NCBI GenBank assembly: GCA_009692185.1 | Contig: SHZT01000002.1 | Coordinates: 33,455-97,454 of the forward strand | Source of the DNA: Gemmatimonadota bacterium | Lineage (GTDB): Bacteria > Gemmatimonadota > Gemmatimonadetes > Gemmatimonadales > GWC2-71-9 | Length of the DNA stretch: 64,000 bases | Direction of reading: 5' to 3' | In this document: positions 45,335-54,361 of the stretch, one piece after another | Position numbering within the stretch: the stretch's first letter is position 1 | How the letters are laid out: every line of letters begins with the position of its first letter | Program-made: the position numbers and the translations under genes | Notes under the pieces: generated by a model | The model's input: only the letters and a program-made list of their open reading frames with translations | What the model was told of the DNA's origin: nothing | Databases searched by the model: none

Positions 45335-46750
45335 TCAGGACATGGTCGCGACCGGCCTCAGCCGCTCCGACACGAACTTCTCCAGTGGGAAGCCGTAGGC
45401 ATCATTCCGGCACCGCCACCGGGCAATCGCCTGTGCCGGACGTTTCCACAGCGGCACGCGGTCCCACGCCAGGCGCTGGTAGAACTTGAACCGCTCCACC
45501 CGCTGGAACTTGGCCCCAGTCACCCACGGCCCGGCCGACCCGATGAAATCGAAATTGGCCCACTCGTCGAGCGACTGCGGCAACCGGTAGCCCTGGTTCA
45601 CCGCGTCCTGCGTGATGGCTGACCCGGGGTACGGCTTGAAATAGAAAATGTGCGTCTCGAAGTCGGGGCTCATGGCGCGGAGCCGCTTGGCGAGGGAGAA
45701 CGATGCCGCGACACTCTCGTCGTCCTCTCCCGGGAATCCCACGATGAACGGGAACTGGACTCGCAGTCCCAGGACCCGGCACCGTTCCGCCGTGATCATG
45801 ATCTGTTCGATCGTCACATCCTTGGCGATCCGCTTGAGCATTTCGGGTGAGCCTGATTCAACGCCCACCAGCACCCGCCGGAGCCCCGACCGCTTGGCCG
45901 TCTGGAGCACGTCGTCCGGCATTCGGGCGCACTGGTCCGCCCGCATGGTGGCCGCCCAGCTGATCGGCAGCTTCCGGCGAATGAACTCCTCCGCGATCGC
46001 CACGACGCGGGGCGCCTGGGTGAAGAACGTCTCGTCCTGAAAATTGACGTCGGTGAAGTGGTACTGTCGCCACCACGTTTCGATTTCCTGCCCGATGCGT
46101 TCGGGGGCGAGCCCCACCCAACCCCTCTTATAGACGAACGGATCCGCGCAGAACGCACAGCGGAACCGGCACCCCTGCGAGGCGATGTAGTCGAGTTGCG
46201 GCTTGCCCTTGAGCGCGTAGAAGCGATCAACCGGGATCAGTGAATAGTCGTGGGGCCGGAACGTGTTGATGTCCGCCAGCGGGCGGGGCGGGTTCTCGAT
46301 CGGGGAGCGGCCAATGTCGCGATAAGTCGTCCCGAGGCAACCCTCCAGCGAGTCTCCCCGCTCCAGCCGCTCGACCACCTCGAGGAACGTGGCTTCGCCC
46401 TGCGCCTGCACGGTGATATCCACGCTCGGCTCTTCGAGACACTCGGTCCCGAACATGGAAGGGTGCCAGCCGCCCCACACGATGGGGAGGTCCGGCCGCA
46501 TCGCCTTCACCGCACGGGACATACGAACGGCGTCCCGGATCGGCAGGCCGGTCAGCACGGTGACCCCGACGCAGATCGCCCCATCGAGATGGGCCCGAAT
46601 CGCCGCCTCCGGGTCCTGCTCGATTCGGCCATCCACGATGACCACGTCGTAGCGCTCGCGCGGGAGGTGCGACCCCAGCGCGATGAGCGCGAGCGGCATG
46701 GTATAAAAGTCCACGCGCGGATTGTAGAGGACCACCTTCGGGCGGGTCAT
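45335..46750 (-). CDS. B12-binding domain radical SAM protein (rSAM-2)
   Basis: ORF 45335..47422 trimmed to MTRPKVVLYNPRVDFYTMPLALIALGS (ATG 46750, ATGA overlap with the upstream stop). The cluster motif is IASQGCRFRCAFCADP, and a DUF4070-like tail follows. Confidence 0.85.
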   Translation of the reverse strand: MTRPKVVLYNPRVDFYTMPLALIALGSHLPRERYDVVIVDGRIEQDPEAAIRAHLDGAICVGVTVLTGLPIRDAVRMSRAVKAMRPDLPIVWGGWHPSMFGTECLEEPSVDITVQAQGEATFLEVVERLERGDSLEGCLGTTYRDIGRSPIENPPRPLADINTFRPHDYSLIPVDRFYALKGKPQLDYIASQGCRFRCAFCADPFVYKRGWVGLAPERIGQEIETWWRQYHFTDVNFQDETFFTQAPRVVAIAEEFIRRKLPISWAATMRADQCARMPDDVLQTAKRSGLRRVLVGVESGSPEMLKRIAKDVTIEQIMITAERCRVLGLRVQFPFIVGFPGEDDESVAASFSLAKRLRAMSPDFETHIFYFKPYPGSAITQDAVNQGYRLPQSLDEWANFDFIGSAGPWVTGAKFQRVERFKFYQRLAWDRVPLWKRPAQAIARWRCRNDAYGFPLEKFVSERLRPVATMS

Positions 46751-47520
46751 CGCCGCACGAACTCCAGCTGATAGTGATCTGCCAGCCACGGCAGGGGCGG
46801 CACGGTTTCGATCGCCCGTTCCCACCGCACCAGGGTCTCCGTGACCGCCGGGTGCCGCCTGGCCCACGCCTCGGCGTAGGGCGGCGGCACGATCGCCCCG
46901 ATGGCCCCCGCGCGCACAAAACGGAACGTGTGGCCGAACACCCGCCGCAGGGTCCCGATGGTGGGATACCGGACCGTCATTCCCCGCCACTCCACACCGC
47001 CCCGCCGGAGCCGCCGAAGCGCCTTCCCGGGCTGCCCGCGCAACATGTACCAGGCCCACTCCCACGGAACGACCGGACCCATGATTCCGAGGACGAGCCG
47101 CGCCTGCGGGCGGAGCCGTTCCGCCAATCGGTCCACGACTGTCGCCATCTGCGGAACAAGGTTCAGGGCGCCGAAGCTCGAAAACGCGCCATCGAATTTT
47201 CCCGCCAGCTCGCCGATGTGCTCCGCATCCACCTGAAGGGCGGTGACCATGCCGCTCAATCCCGCAGCGGCTGACTTTGCGCGCGTCGCCTCGATCATGG
47301 CGGCCGACGGATCCGTGGCCACGACCCGAACGCCCCGATGCGCGAGGTGGATCGCATCTTCCCCGGTGCCGCAGCCGATTTCCAGCACCTGCTGGCCCGG
47401 TTCGAACGCCTGGTCGAGCCACGCCCAGGTCGCTTCCCGGTACACCCGGCCCAGCACCGAGTCGGTAAACACGGCGTCATAGGACTTGGCCAGCGCATCG
47501 AACGCGGACACGGCATTCAC
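46747..47520 (-). CDS. class I SAM-dependent methyltransferase (MT-1)
   Basis: 257 aa with a GTG start and motif I VLEIGCGTGEDAIHLA. Confidence 0.8.
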   Translation of the reverse strand: MNAVSAFDALAKSYDAVFTDSVLGRVYREATWAWLDQAFEPGQQVLEIGCGTGEDAIHLAHRGVRVVATDPSAAMIEATRAKSAAAGLSGMVTALQVDAEHIGELAGKFDGAFSSFGALNLVPQMATVVDRLAERLRPQARLVLGIMGPVVPWEWAWYMLRGQPGKALRRLRRGGVEWRGMTVRYPTIGTLRRVFGHTFRFVRAGAIGAIVPPPYAEAWARRHPAVTETLVRWERAIETVPPLPWLADHYQLEFVRR

Positions 47521-47558
47521 GCGCGAAAGCTATACTGTATCCTTCGCCTGACGAACCC
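47521..47558. promoter_or_regulatory. 38-bp divergent control region with overlapping -10-like boxes
   Basis: TATACT (47531-47536, plus strand) overlaps TATAGC (rc of 47529-47534, minus strand). The core ATAC-T-GTAT palindrome is at 47532-47540. The minus-strand box sits 8 nt from the GTG at 47520. Confidence 0.35.
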
Positions 47559-48377
47559 ATGCCGACCACAGCAATTTCGCCCGACCGCCTCGCGCGCTTC
47601 CGCGCGGCCTACGCGCTGCATCGCGAGGCCGAGGGCCGCCGCTTGGACCCAACCGACCTGGCGGCCCTGCCCTACCTGGATCACGGCCCGTTCCGGCGTG
47701 AATGGTCGGTCCGCGCCCGGACCTTCGAGGCGCTGGTTCACAACGTGGTCACGCCCCTGGCGAAGGGGGCCTCCCTCCGGATCCTCGACGTCGGGGCCGG
47801 CGCCGGATGGCTGTGCTTCCGGCTGATACGAGCCGGGCACCACGCGATCGCACTGGACTGGCGATGGGACCAGGTGGACGGCCTCGGCGCCGCCCAGGGT
47901 TACCGGGTGCACCTCCAGCATAGAGACTTGTTTGATCGCGTGGGCGCCTCGTTCGACGCCCTGCCGCTGTCCGCTCAGGCGTTCGACGTCGTCGTCTTCA
48001 ACGCCGCCATTCACTATGCTGAGGACCTGGCACCCGTGTTGGCTGAGGCGCGTCGCGTGGTGCGGCCGGGCGGGCGCATCGCCATCCTGGATTCGCCGTT
48101 CTACGCCCGCGCCGCCGATGGCGACCGCATGGTCGCGGCAAAGCGCCGCGAAGGCGCGCGGGTCTTCGGCAAGCACGCGGAAGCCTTGATGGCGCTGCGG
48201 CCCATTGAGTACCTCACGACGAAACGGCTCGCGGACGCTTCGGCGCCGCTGGGGCTCACCTGGCAGCGCCATCACGTGCGGTATCCCCTGTGGTACGAAC
48301 TGCGGCCGCTGGCTGCGCTTCTGTCCGGGCGGCGCCGGCCATCCCGCTTCGATCTCTGGGTAGGAGTGGTTTCGTGA
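47559..48377 (+). CDS. class I SAM-dependent methyltransferase (MT-2)
   Basis: 272 aa with motif [16 protein letters not shown], then [12 protein letters not shown] and PGGRIAILD. Confidence 0.8.
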   Translation: MPTTAISPDRLARFRAAYALHREAEGRRLDPTDLAALPYLDHGPFRREWSVRARTFEALVHNVVTPLAKGASLRILDVGAGAGWLCFRLIRAGHHAIALDWRWDQVDGLGAAQGYRVHLQHRDLFDRVGASFDALPLSAQAFDVVVFNAAIHYAEDLAPVLAEARRVVRPGGRIAILDSPFYARAADGDRMVAAKRREGARVFGKHAEALMALRPIEYLTTKRLADASAPLGLTWQRHHVRYPLWYELRPLAALLSGRRRPSRFDLWVGVVS

Positions 48378-49045
48378 AGCGTCCCCAGGCGGCCTTCGAG
48401 CCCTTGCCGGACTATCGTGAGTACCCGGCGCCGGAGATGGAGTCGCGTGCCCGCGCGTTTGCCGCAGACATGCAGCGCCGCCGCACGACCCGTCACTTCA
48501 GTGACCGGCCGGTGCCGCGCGCGGTGATCGAAGCCTGTCTCGAGACCGCGGGGTCCGCGCCGAGCGGGGCGAACCAGCAACCTTGGCACTTCGTGGTCGT
48601 TTCCGAGCCTACGCTCAAGCGCGGGATTCGGGAGGCGGCCGAGCAGGCCGAAGCGGAGTTCTACGCGAAGGCGCCGGCGGAGTGGCTGGAGGCGCTGGCC
48701 CCCCTGGGCACCGACGCGCGCAAGCCATACCTCGAGACGGCGCCCTACCTCATTGCCGTTTTCGCCCAGCGCTTTGCCCCCTCACCGTCCGGCAAGCGGC
48801 GGACGCACTACTACGTGAACGAGTCCGTCGGCATCGCGACCGGTTTTCTGCTGGCCGCCCTTCATTACGCCGGTCTGGCCACGCTCACCCACACCCCGAG
48901 CCCCATGGGGTTCTTGAACGATCTTCTGGGCCGGCCGGCCAACGAGAAGGCGGTCATGCTGGTCGTCACCGGATACCCGGCGCCGGACGCCAGGGTGCCC
49001 CGCATCCGTCGCAAGACCCTGGACGAGATCGTCACGTTTCGGTGA
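48374..49045 (+). CDS. nitroreductase-superfamily flavoprotein, iodotyrosine-deiodinase-like
   Basis: GTG at 48374 overlaps the upstream stop (GTGA). The sequence [45 protein letters not shown] ... [30 protein letters not shown] closely follows the bacterial IYD pattern as I remember it. Confidence 0.7.
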   Translation: MKRPQAAFEPLPDYREYPAPEMESRARAFAADMQRRRTTRHFSDRPVPRAVIEACLETAGSAPSGANQQPWHFVVVSEPTLKRGIREAAEQAEAEFYAKAPAEWLEALAPLGTDARKPYLETAPYLIAVFAQRFAPSPSGKRRTHYYVNESVGIATGFLLAALHYAGLATLTHTPSPMGFLNDLLGRPANEKAVMLVVTGYPAPDARVPRIRRKTLDEIVTFR

Positions 49046-50331
49046 CCGACCTCCTGCTCACGCACGGGTATTTCCTCTCGGAAGACGAGCACGAGCGGAA
49101 GGTGATGAAGCCCTACCCGCCGCTGGGCCTCCTCTACATCGCCGGGTACCTCAAGCGGGCCGGGATGACCGTCGAGGTCTTTGATTCGACATTCGCTCCC
49201 CGCGCCGATCTCGAGTCGAGGCTCGCGACCGGGCCGGCCGGGGCACTCGGCATCTACACCAACCTGACCACGCGGAAATCCGTCCTCGACATTGTGCGCC
49301 GCGCCAAGGCCAGTGGGTGGACCGTGGTTCTCGGCGGACCGGAGTCGGCCAACTACTCCGCGGAATACCTGCAGCACGGCGCCGACGTGGTGGTGTTCGG
49401 CGAGGGGGAGGAGACACTGAAGGAACTGCTCCCCGCGCTTGCGGCCCGCGGGCCTCACCGGCTGCACGGCGTGCTGGGAACGGCGTTCACCGACGACGGC
49501 GGCGCGGTGGTGACCAACCTCGGGCGCCCGCAAATCAAGGACCTGGACGCCCTGCCCTGGCCCGACCGCGAGGCGATCGACACGGCCCGGTACGTAGATG
49601 TGTGGCGGGAGCATCACGGCAAGGGCAGCGTCAACCTCATAACCGCGCGGGGGTGTCCCTACCGGTGCAACTGGTGCTCGCACGCCGTGTTCGGGTTCAC
49701 TCACCGGCGCCGGAGTGTCATCTCCTGCGCCGACGAGCTGGCGCACATCGTGGAGCGTTACCGGCCGGACCAGGTGTGGTACGCCGACGACGTGTTCACC
49801 ATTCACCATCGCTGGCTCTTCGACTACGCGGCCGAGCTCGAGCGCCGGCATCTCCGTATTCCGTTCGAGACGATTTCCCGCGCGGACCGCATGCTGAAGG
49901 ACGACGTGGTGAAAACGCTGGCGGACATGGGGTGCTGGCGCATCTGGATCGGGGCCGAGAGCGGCAGCCAGCGGATACTCGACGCGATGCAGCGGGGCGT
50001 GACGGTCGAGCAGGTACTTCACGCTACCCGTTCCGCACAGCAGCACGGCATCCATGTCGGGATGTTTCTCATGTGGGGCTACGACGGCGAGACCGAGGCG
50101 GACATCGACGCCACCATTGATCTCGTCCGCCGCGCCGCGCCGGACGTGGCACTGACGACCGTCGCCTACCCCATCAAGGGAACCGGCTTCTTCGACCGTC
50201 TGGGCGACCGGGTGGGCGCCACGAAGGACTGGGCCGACGCGACCGATCGCGATTACGAGGTACGGGGCCAGCGGTCGCGGGATTTCTATCGGGAAGCAGA
50301 CCGCCGCTTGCGGCAGGCGATCGGGCGGTGA
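49042..50331 (+). CDS. B12-binding domain radical SAM protein (rSAM-3)
   Basis: GTG at 49042 overlaps the upstream stop (GTGA). Motifs are [34 protein letters not shown] and the cluster [16 protein letters not shown]. Confidence 0.85.
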   Translation: MTDLLLTHGYFLSEDEHERKVMKPYPPLGLLYIAGYLKRAGMTVEVFDSTFAPRADLESRLATGPAGALGIYTNLTTRKSVLDIVRRAKASGWTVVLGGPESANYSAEYLQHGADVVVFGEGEETLKELLPALAARGPHRLHGVLGTAFTDDGGAVVTNLGRPQIKDLDALPWPDREAIDTARYVDVWREHHGKGSVNLITARGCPYRCNWCSHAVFGFTHRRRSVISCADELAHIVERYRPDQVWYADDVFTIHHRWLFDYAAELERRHLRIPFETISRADRMLKDDVVKTLADMGCWRIWIGAESGSQRILDAMQRGVTVEQVLHATRSAQQHGIHVGMFLMWGYDGETEADIDATIDLVRRAAPDVALTTVAYPIKGTGFFDRLGDRVGATKDWADATDRDYEVRGQRSRDFYREADRRLRQAIGR

Positions 50332-50771
50332 TGCGCCGCGTGGTGGGCATGATCTACGTCAGCCTGGTCGCCTACTGCGTGCTCTGGGGCCTCGTCTTTC
50401 TCCGTTCCCCGTTGCTGTCGTTCCAGTCACCTGACATCGACGTGCCCTGGCTGCTCCGCCTGGGAGAGTTCGGCGGGGTTGTCCTCCTCGTGGCCGGCAT
50501 CGCGTCGGCGACCCTGTTCCGGCACGACCCGCTCGCATCCCACCTCGCCTGGCTTGGCGTGACGTTGATGGGAGTCATGGCGATGACTATCATGGGCGCC
50601 GGAGTCCTGTTCGTGGCGTGGTGGCTGGACTGGGAACCAGCTGCGTTCGCGGCAATGGCGTGCTGGGGGCTGGCTGGCCTGTGGTCCCTTGCGCGCCTGT
50701 TGTTCGGGTTCGCGCGTTTTCTCGCCGGCCACTCCGTCAGCCGCTGGCCGTTGCGGGCTCCCGCGGCGTAG
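50328..50771 (+). CDS. hypothetical 4-TM membrane protein
   Basis: 147 aa. The GTG overlaps the upstream stop (GTGA). It has four hydrophobic segments and is Trp-rich (VAWWLDWEPAAFAAMACWGLAGLW). No family recognised. Confidence 0.6.
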   Translation: MMRRVVGMIYVSLVAYCVLWGLVFLRSPLLSFQSPDIDVPWLLRLGEFGGVVLLVAGIASATLFRHDPLASHLAWLGVTLMGVMAMTIMGAGVLFVAWWLDWEPAAFAAMACWGLAGLWSLARLLFGFARFLAGHSVSRWPLRAPAA

Positions 50772-51384
50772 CGCCCTCGGTGCGTGGCTTGGCGGATTTG
50801 GGCGCGCGTCGCCGGAGCCGCAGGGCCAGAAGGCCGACCAGGATGAACGCGAACGTGATCGGCTCCCGCGTATCCTTCTTCACGAGCCACAGAAAATGCA
50901 GGACGCCCAGCGCCCCGGAGACATAGACCAGCCGGTGCAGAGCACCCCACCGTCTTCCCAGTTTCCGGATCATGAACCCGTTTGATGTCGCGGCGAGCGG
51001 CACCAGCAGGGTCACCGCCACGAAGCCCACGGTGATCCACGGCCGCTTGAGGATGTCCTTGGTGATTTCGGACCAGGCGAAGAACTGGTCTATGCCGATG
51101 TAGTTGCTGAAATGGAGCATCGCGTAGAAGAACGCGAACAGGCCCAGCATGCGCCGCAACTTGATTACGTCGTTCCAGCCGGGGATACGGCGGAGCGGAG
51201 TCACGCACAGCGTGATCATCAGGAAGGTCAACGCCCACCAGCCGGTGCGCAGCTGGATTTCCCGAATCGGCTCGGCGCCCAGGCCGCCGTGGAATCCCTG
51301 CCACGCGATCAACCCCGCCGGCACGAGCGCCGCGGCGAACACCGCAGGCTCGGCAACGAAACGGATGAACTGGGAGCGGGTCAT
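50737..51384 (-). CDS. msrQ: protein-methionine-sulfoxide reductase heme-binding subunit
   Basis: 215 aa with a ferric-reductase-like 6-TM topology and conserved His residues (FYAMLHFSNY, ALHRLVY). It lies directly downstream of msrP. Confidence 0.85.
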   Translation of the reverse strand: MTRSQFIRFVAEPAVFAAALVPAGLIAWQGFHGGLGAEPIREIQLRTGWWALTFLMITLCVTPLRRIPGWNDVIKLRRMLGLFAFFYAMLHFSNYIGIDQFFAWSEITKDILKRPWITVGFVAVTLLVPLAATSNGFMIRKLGRRWGALHRLVYVSGALGVLHFLWLVKKDTREPITFAFILVGLLALRLRRRAPKSAKPRTEGATPREPATASG

Positions 51385-51386
51385 TG

Positions 51387-51442
51387 GCGGATGAGCGGAT
51401 GAGCGGATGAGTCTGGCGGGTTACGTATCCGCCCATCCGCTC
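51387..51442. repeat. 8-nt-periodic palindromic element, copy 2
   Basis: GCGGATGA occurs three times (51387-51410). After a 16-nt spacer comes the inverted copy ATCCGCCCATCCGCTC (51427-51442), which is complementary at 15 of 16 positions. It fills the msrP-msrQ spacer. Confidence 0.85.
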
Positions 51443-52383
51443 TAGTACAGCGTCCGGGGATCCATTCCCTTGTACATCGCCGCCACCTGCTCGCCGAACC
51501 CGTTGAACGGCAGAGTCGGGCGTTTGAGGAACTCGCCCACCCGGCGCTCGCGCGCCTGGCTCCAGCGGGGGTGGTCCACCGCGGGGTTCACATTGGCGTA
51601 GAAGCTGTACTCGCTGGGCGCGGCCAGCTGCCACGTGTTGAGCGGCTGCGTCTCGACGAAGCGCACCTTGACGATCGACTTGATGCCCTTGAAACCATAC
51701 TTCCAGGGAATCACGAGCCGGATCGGCGCGCCGTTCTGGTTGAGCAGGGGCTTCTGGTAGATGCCCACCGCGAAGAGCGTGAGCGGGTTCATGGCCTCGT
51801 CCATGCGCAGGCCTTCGACGTACGGCCAATCGAGCACCAAGTCACGCTGGCCGGGCATCTGCTTCGGATCCATCAGCGTAGTGAATTCGACGAACTTGGC
51901 CTTCGGGCTCGGTTCGAACCGGTTGATGAAATCCCGGAGCGGGAACCCGTACCATGGAATCACCATGGACCAGGCTTCGACGCACCGGTGCCGGTACACG
52001 TACTCCTTGGCCGGGAACCACTTGAGAATGTCTTCGATGTTGTAGTCGCCCGGCTTCGCCGCCATGCCCTCGACCTTGACCGTCCACGGCCGGGGCTTGA
52101 GCGTGCCCGCGTTCTTTGCCGGCTCGGACTTGTCGGTGCCGAATTCGTAGAAGTTGTTGTAGGTGGTGACGGCCTGGAACGGGGTTTGGGGGTCGTCTTG
52201 TTGGGACGGTTGGGCGGAGAGGCGGTTAGACGGTTCGTGACCAACCGTCCAACCGTCCAACCGCCCAACCGCCAAGCCTGCCGCCGCAACCCCGCCCGCC
52301 GCCATGAATTCCCTGCGATTCAGGAACACCGCCTCCGGCGTAATCTCCGATACCTTGAACTCGTCAGGACGTTTGATCAGCAT
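51442..52383 (-). CDS. msrP: protein-methionine-sulfoxide reductase catalytic subunit (Mo-oxidoreductase)
   Basis: Start set at [27 protein letters not shown] (ATG 52383; the ORF extends to 52422). It has a Tat signal [18 protein letters not shown], plus [15 protein letters not shown] and HRCVEAWSM. Confidence 0.88.
   Translation of the reverse strand: MLIKRPDEFKVSEITPEAVFLNRREFMAAGGVAAAGLAVGRLDGWTVGHEPSNRLSAQPSQQDDPQTPFQAVTTYNNFYEFGTDKSEPAKNAGTLKPRPWTVKVEGMAAKPGDYNIEDILKWFPAKEYVYRHRCVEAWSMVIPWYGFPLRDFINRFEPSPKAKFVEFTTLMDPKQMPGQRDLVLDWPYVEGLRMDEAMNPLTLFAVGIYQKPLLNQNGAPIRLVIPWKYGFKGIKSIVKVRFVETQPLNTWQLAAPSEYSFYANVNPAVDHPRWSQARERRVGEFLKRPTLPFNGFGEQVAAMYKGMDPRTLY
52203..52272. repeat. 8-nt-periodic palindromic element, copy 3 (inside the msrP coding sequence)
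   Basis: The plus strand carries CCAACCGT twice then CCAACCGC twice (52241-52272). These face an inverted imperfect copy at 52207-52235, with 24 of 29 positions complementary by my alignment and a 7-nt loop. On the minus strand the unit is GCGGTTGG/ACGGTTGG, i.e. related to GCGGATGA. Confidence 0.8.
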
Positions 52384-52501
52384 GGGACGGCTCTCCGGAA
52401 CAGGGGGTGTTGGCGACTCCATTGAAACTACCGGATGCCGGGGGAAGTTCCCAGACCTGACGAGGTAGCCGAGCCGAGCCCGGCCGCTAGAATAGTGATT
52501 G

Positions 52502-54361
52502 ATGACCGCACCCTACGACGACCTGTTCATCTCGTTCCAGACCGCTCTCGCGGGCCGGTACTCGCTCGAACGCGAGCTCGGCCGCGGCGGTATGGGCATC
52601 GTGTACCTCGCACGCGAGGTGCGACTGGACCGGCCGGTGGCGCTCAAACTGTTCCCGCCCGCCCTCGCCGCCCAGCCCAACCTCCGCGAGCGCTTCCTGC
52701 GCGAGGCCCGCACGGCCGCCCGGCTTTCGCATCCCCACATCGTGCAGATCTACACCGTAGACGAGGTGGGTCAGTTCGTCTTCTTCGCCATGGCTTACAT
52801 AGATGGCGAGACGCTGGGCGCGCGGGTCCAGCGACGGGGACCAATGGCCCCGTCCGAAGCCGCGCGCGCGCTCCGCGAAGTGGCGTGGGCGCTGGGGCAC
52901 GCGCACGAGCAGGGCGTCATTCACCGGGACGTGAAGCCGGACAACATCCTGCTCGAGGCCGCGACGGTGCGCGCCATGGTGGCGGACTTCGGCATCGCCG
53001 GGTCGAAACAGGAGGCAGGGTCGCAGACGACGGGTGAAGTGATCGGCACGCCGGAGTTCATGAGCCCCGAGCAGGCGGGCGGCGAGCAGGTGGGCGCCCA
53101 GAGCGACCTCTACTCACTCGGCGTGGTCGCATTCTATGCGCTTTCGGGCCGAGTGCCGTTCACCGGCGCCAAGTCGGCGGACATCCTGGCCAAGCACATG
53201 ACCCAGCCCGCGCCCCCGATCATCGAGCAGGCGCCTTCGACGCCGCGGCGCGTGGCACGGATCGTGGACGCGTGCCTCGCGAAGGACCCGGCGGAGCGGC
53301 CGGCGGGCGCCGCGCTGCTGGCGGAACAATTGGCGCTGGCTATCGAGCATCGGAAGAACCTGCCGGTCGCGCTGCGCGCCTTCGTCAAGCATGACGGGCG
53401 AATCGACGGGCCCGGCGTCATACTGGTTACGCCGCTGCTGGCCGCGGCAGCGGTGGCCGCTGGCAGCGTGTTTGACGCGGTCGGGGCCCTCACAACCTTT
53501 TACGGCGGTGCCGCGTTCATCACGGCCGTAGTCCTGACCGCCCGGGCCCGGAAACTCCTGAAGAGTGGATTCGAGCACGGCGACCTAGCGGTCGCGTACA
53601 AGGCCGAGATCGAACGTGGCAAGGAAGAGCGAGCGTTCAGCGCTGGCTTTTGCCCCTCGACACTCGAGCGCGTAACGAAACTCGGCGGATTTGTGGGCAT
53701 CGGTGGCGGCGCGCTCACGCTGGCGATCGCCGCTTGGCTCGGTCTCGTCGAGCCGGACTGGACCGTGCTCACCGCGGCGGCATGGCTCGGAATGGCCGCC
53801 GGCATGACGTCGACCATCGTCCACTTGGCCCAGTTGCAGCGACGGCGCGACGTCGATACCGAATTCTGGGGTAAACTGTGGACCGGCCGGATCGGGCGGT
53901 TCCTCATCCGGGTCGCCCGCGCCCTGTTGCCCAAGCACGCGATTCCCTCCGCCATGACCCATCGCCCCACCGAGCTGGCTATCGCGATGGCGGCCGAGCA
54001 ACTCTTCGCCGATCTCCCCAAGGCCACGCGGAAACAGCTGGGCGATCTCCCCAACGTCGTGAACCGGCTGGAGGCAGACGCCCAGAAAATGCGCGCGCGG
54101 CTGGAAGAACTTCAGGAACTGGCCGGGGACAGCGCGGAGCTGCGGGGGCTGCGCGACACGGTCCAGAAACGACTCACGGACACCGTCACCGCCCTGGAAA
54201 CAGTCCGGCTCGGCCTCCTCCGGTTGCGGAGCGGCGTCGGCAGTATCGAGTCCATGACGACGGGGCTCGTGGCGGCGCGGGAAGTGGGCGACGCGGTGGA
54301 GCGATTGCTGGCGGGACAGAAGGAGGTGGAGGAAACGCTAAGGCGGGCGACGCCGGTCTAG
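52502..54361 (+). CDS. membrane-anchored Ser/Thr protein kinase (Hanks type)
   Basis: The track start at 52499 is a TTG and an ATG follows at 52502. Motifs are [41 protein letters not shown] and [10 protein letters not shown]. Several TM segments and a coiled-coil-like tail follow. Confidence 0.88.
   Translation: MTAPYDDLFISFQTALAGRYSLERELGRGGMGIVYLAREVRLDRPVALKLFPPALAAQPNLRERFLREARTAARLSHPHIVQIYTVDEVGQFVFFAMAYIDGETLGARVQRRGPMAPSEAARALREVAWALGHAHEQGVIHRDVKPDNILLEAATVRAMVADFGIAGSKQEAGSQTTGEVIGTPEFMSPEQAGGEQVGAQSDLYSLGVVAFYALSGRVPFTGAKSADILAKHMTQPAPPIIEQAPSTPRRVARIVDACLAKDPAERPAGAALLAEQLALAIEHRKNLPVALRAFVKHDGRIDGPGVILVTPLLAAAAVAAGSVFDAVGALTTFYGGAAFITAVVLTARARKLLKSGFEHGDLAVAYKAEIERGKEERAFSAGFCPSTLERVTKLGGFVGIGGGALTLAIAAWLGLVEPDWTVLTAAAWLGMAAGMTSTIVHLAQLQRRRDVDTEFWGKLWTGRIGRFLIRVARALLPKHAIPSAMTHRPTELAIAMAAEQLFADLPKATRKQLGDLPNVVNRLEADAQKMRARLEELQELAGDSAELRGLRDTVQKRLTDTVTALETVRLGLLRLRSGVGSIESMTTGLVAAREVGDAVERLLAGQKEVEETLRRATPV

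Noticed and set aside
46751-47422. N-terminal extensions of several track ORFs. Examples: the 695-aa version of rSAM-2, 34945..36573, 38903..40357, 13179..14324, 48583..50331, 59046..60266, 31816..33180
   Set aside because: The extensions overlap the neighbouring, independently supported genes and translate to low-complexity sequence. In each case an internal start coincides with a 4-nt ATGA/GTGA overlap or with the family-typical N-terminus.
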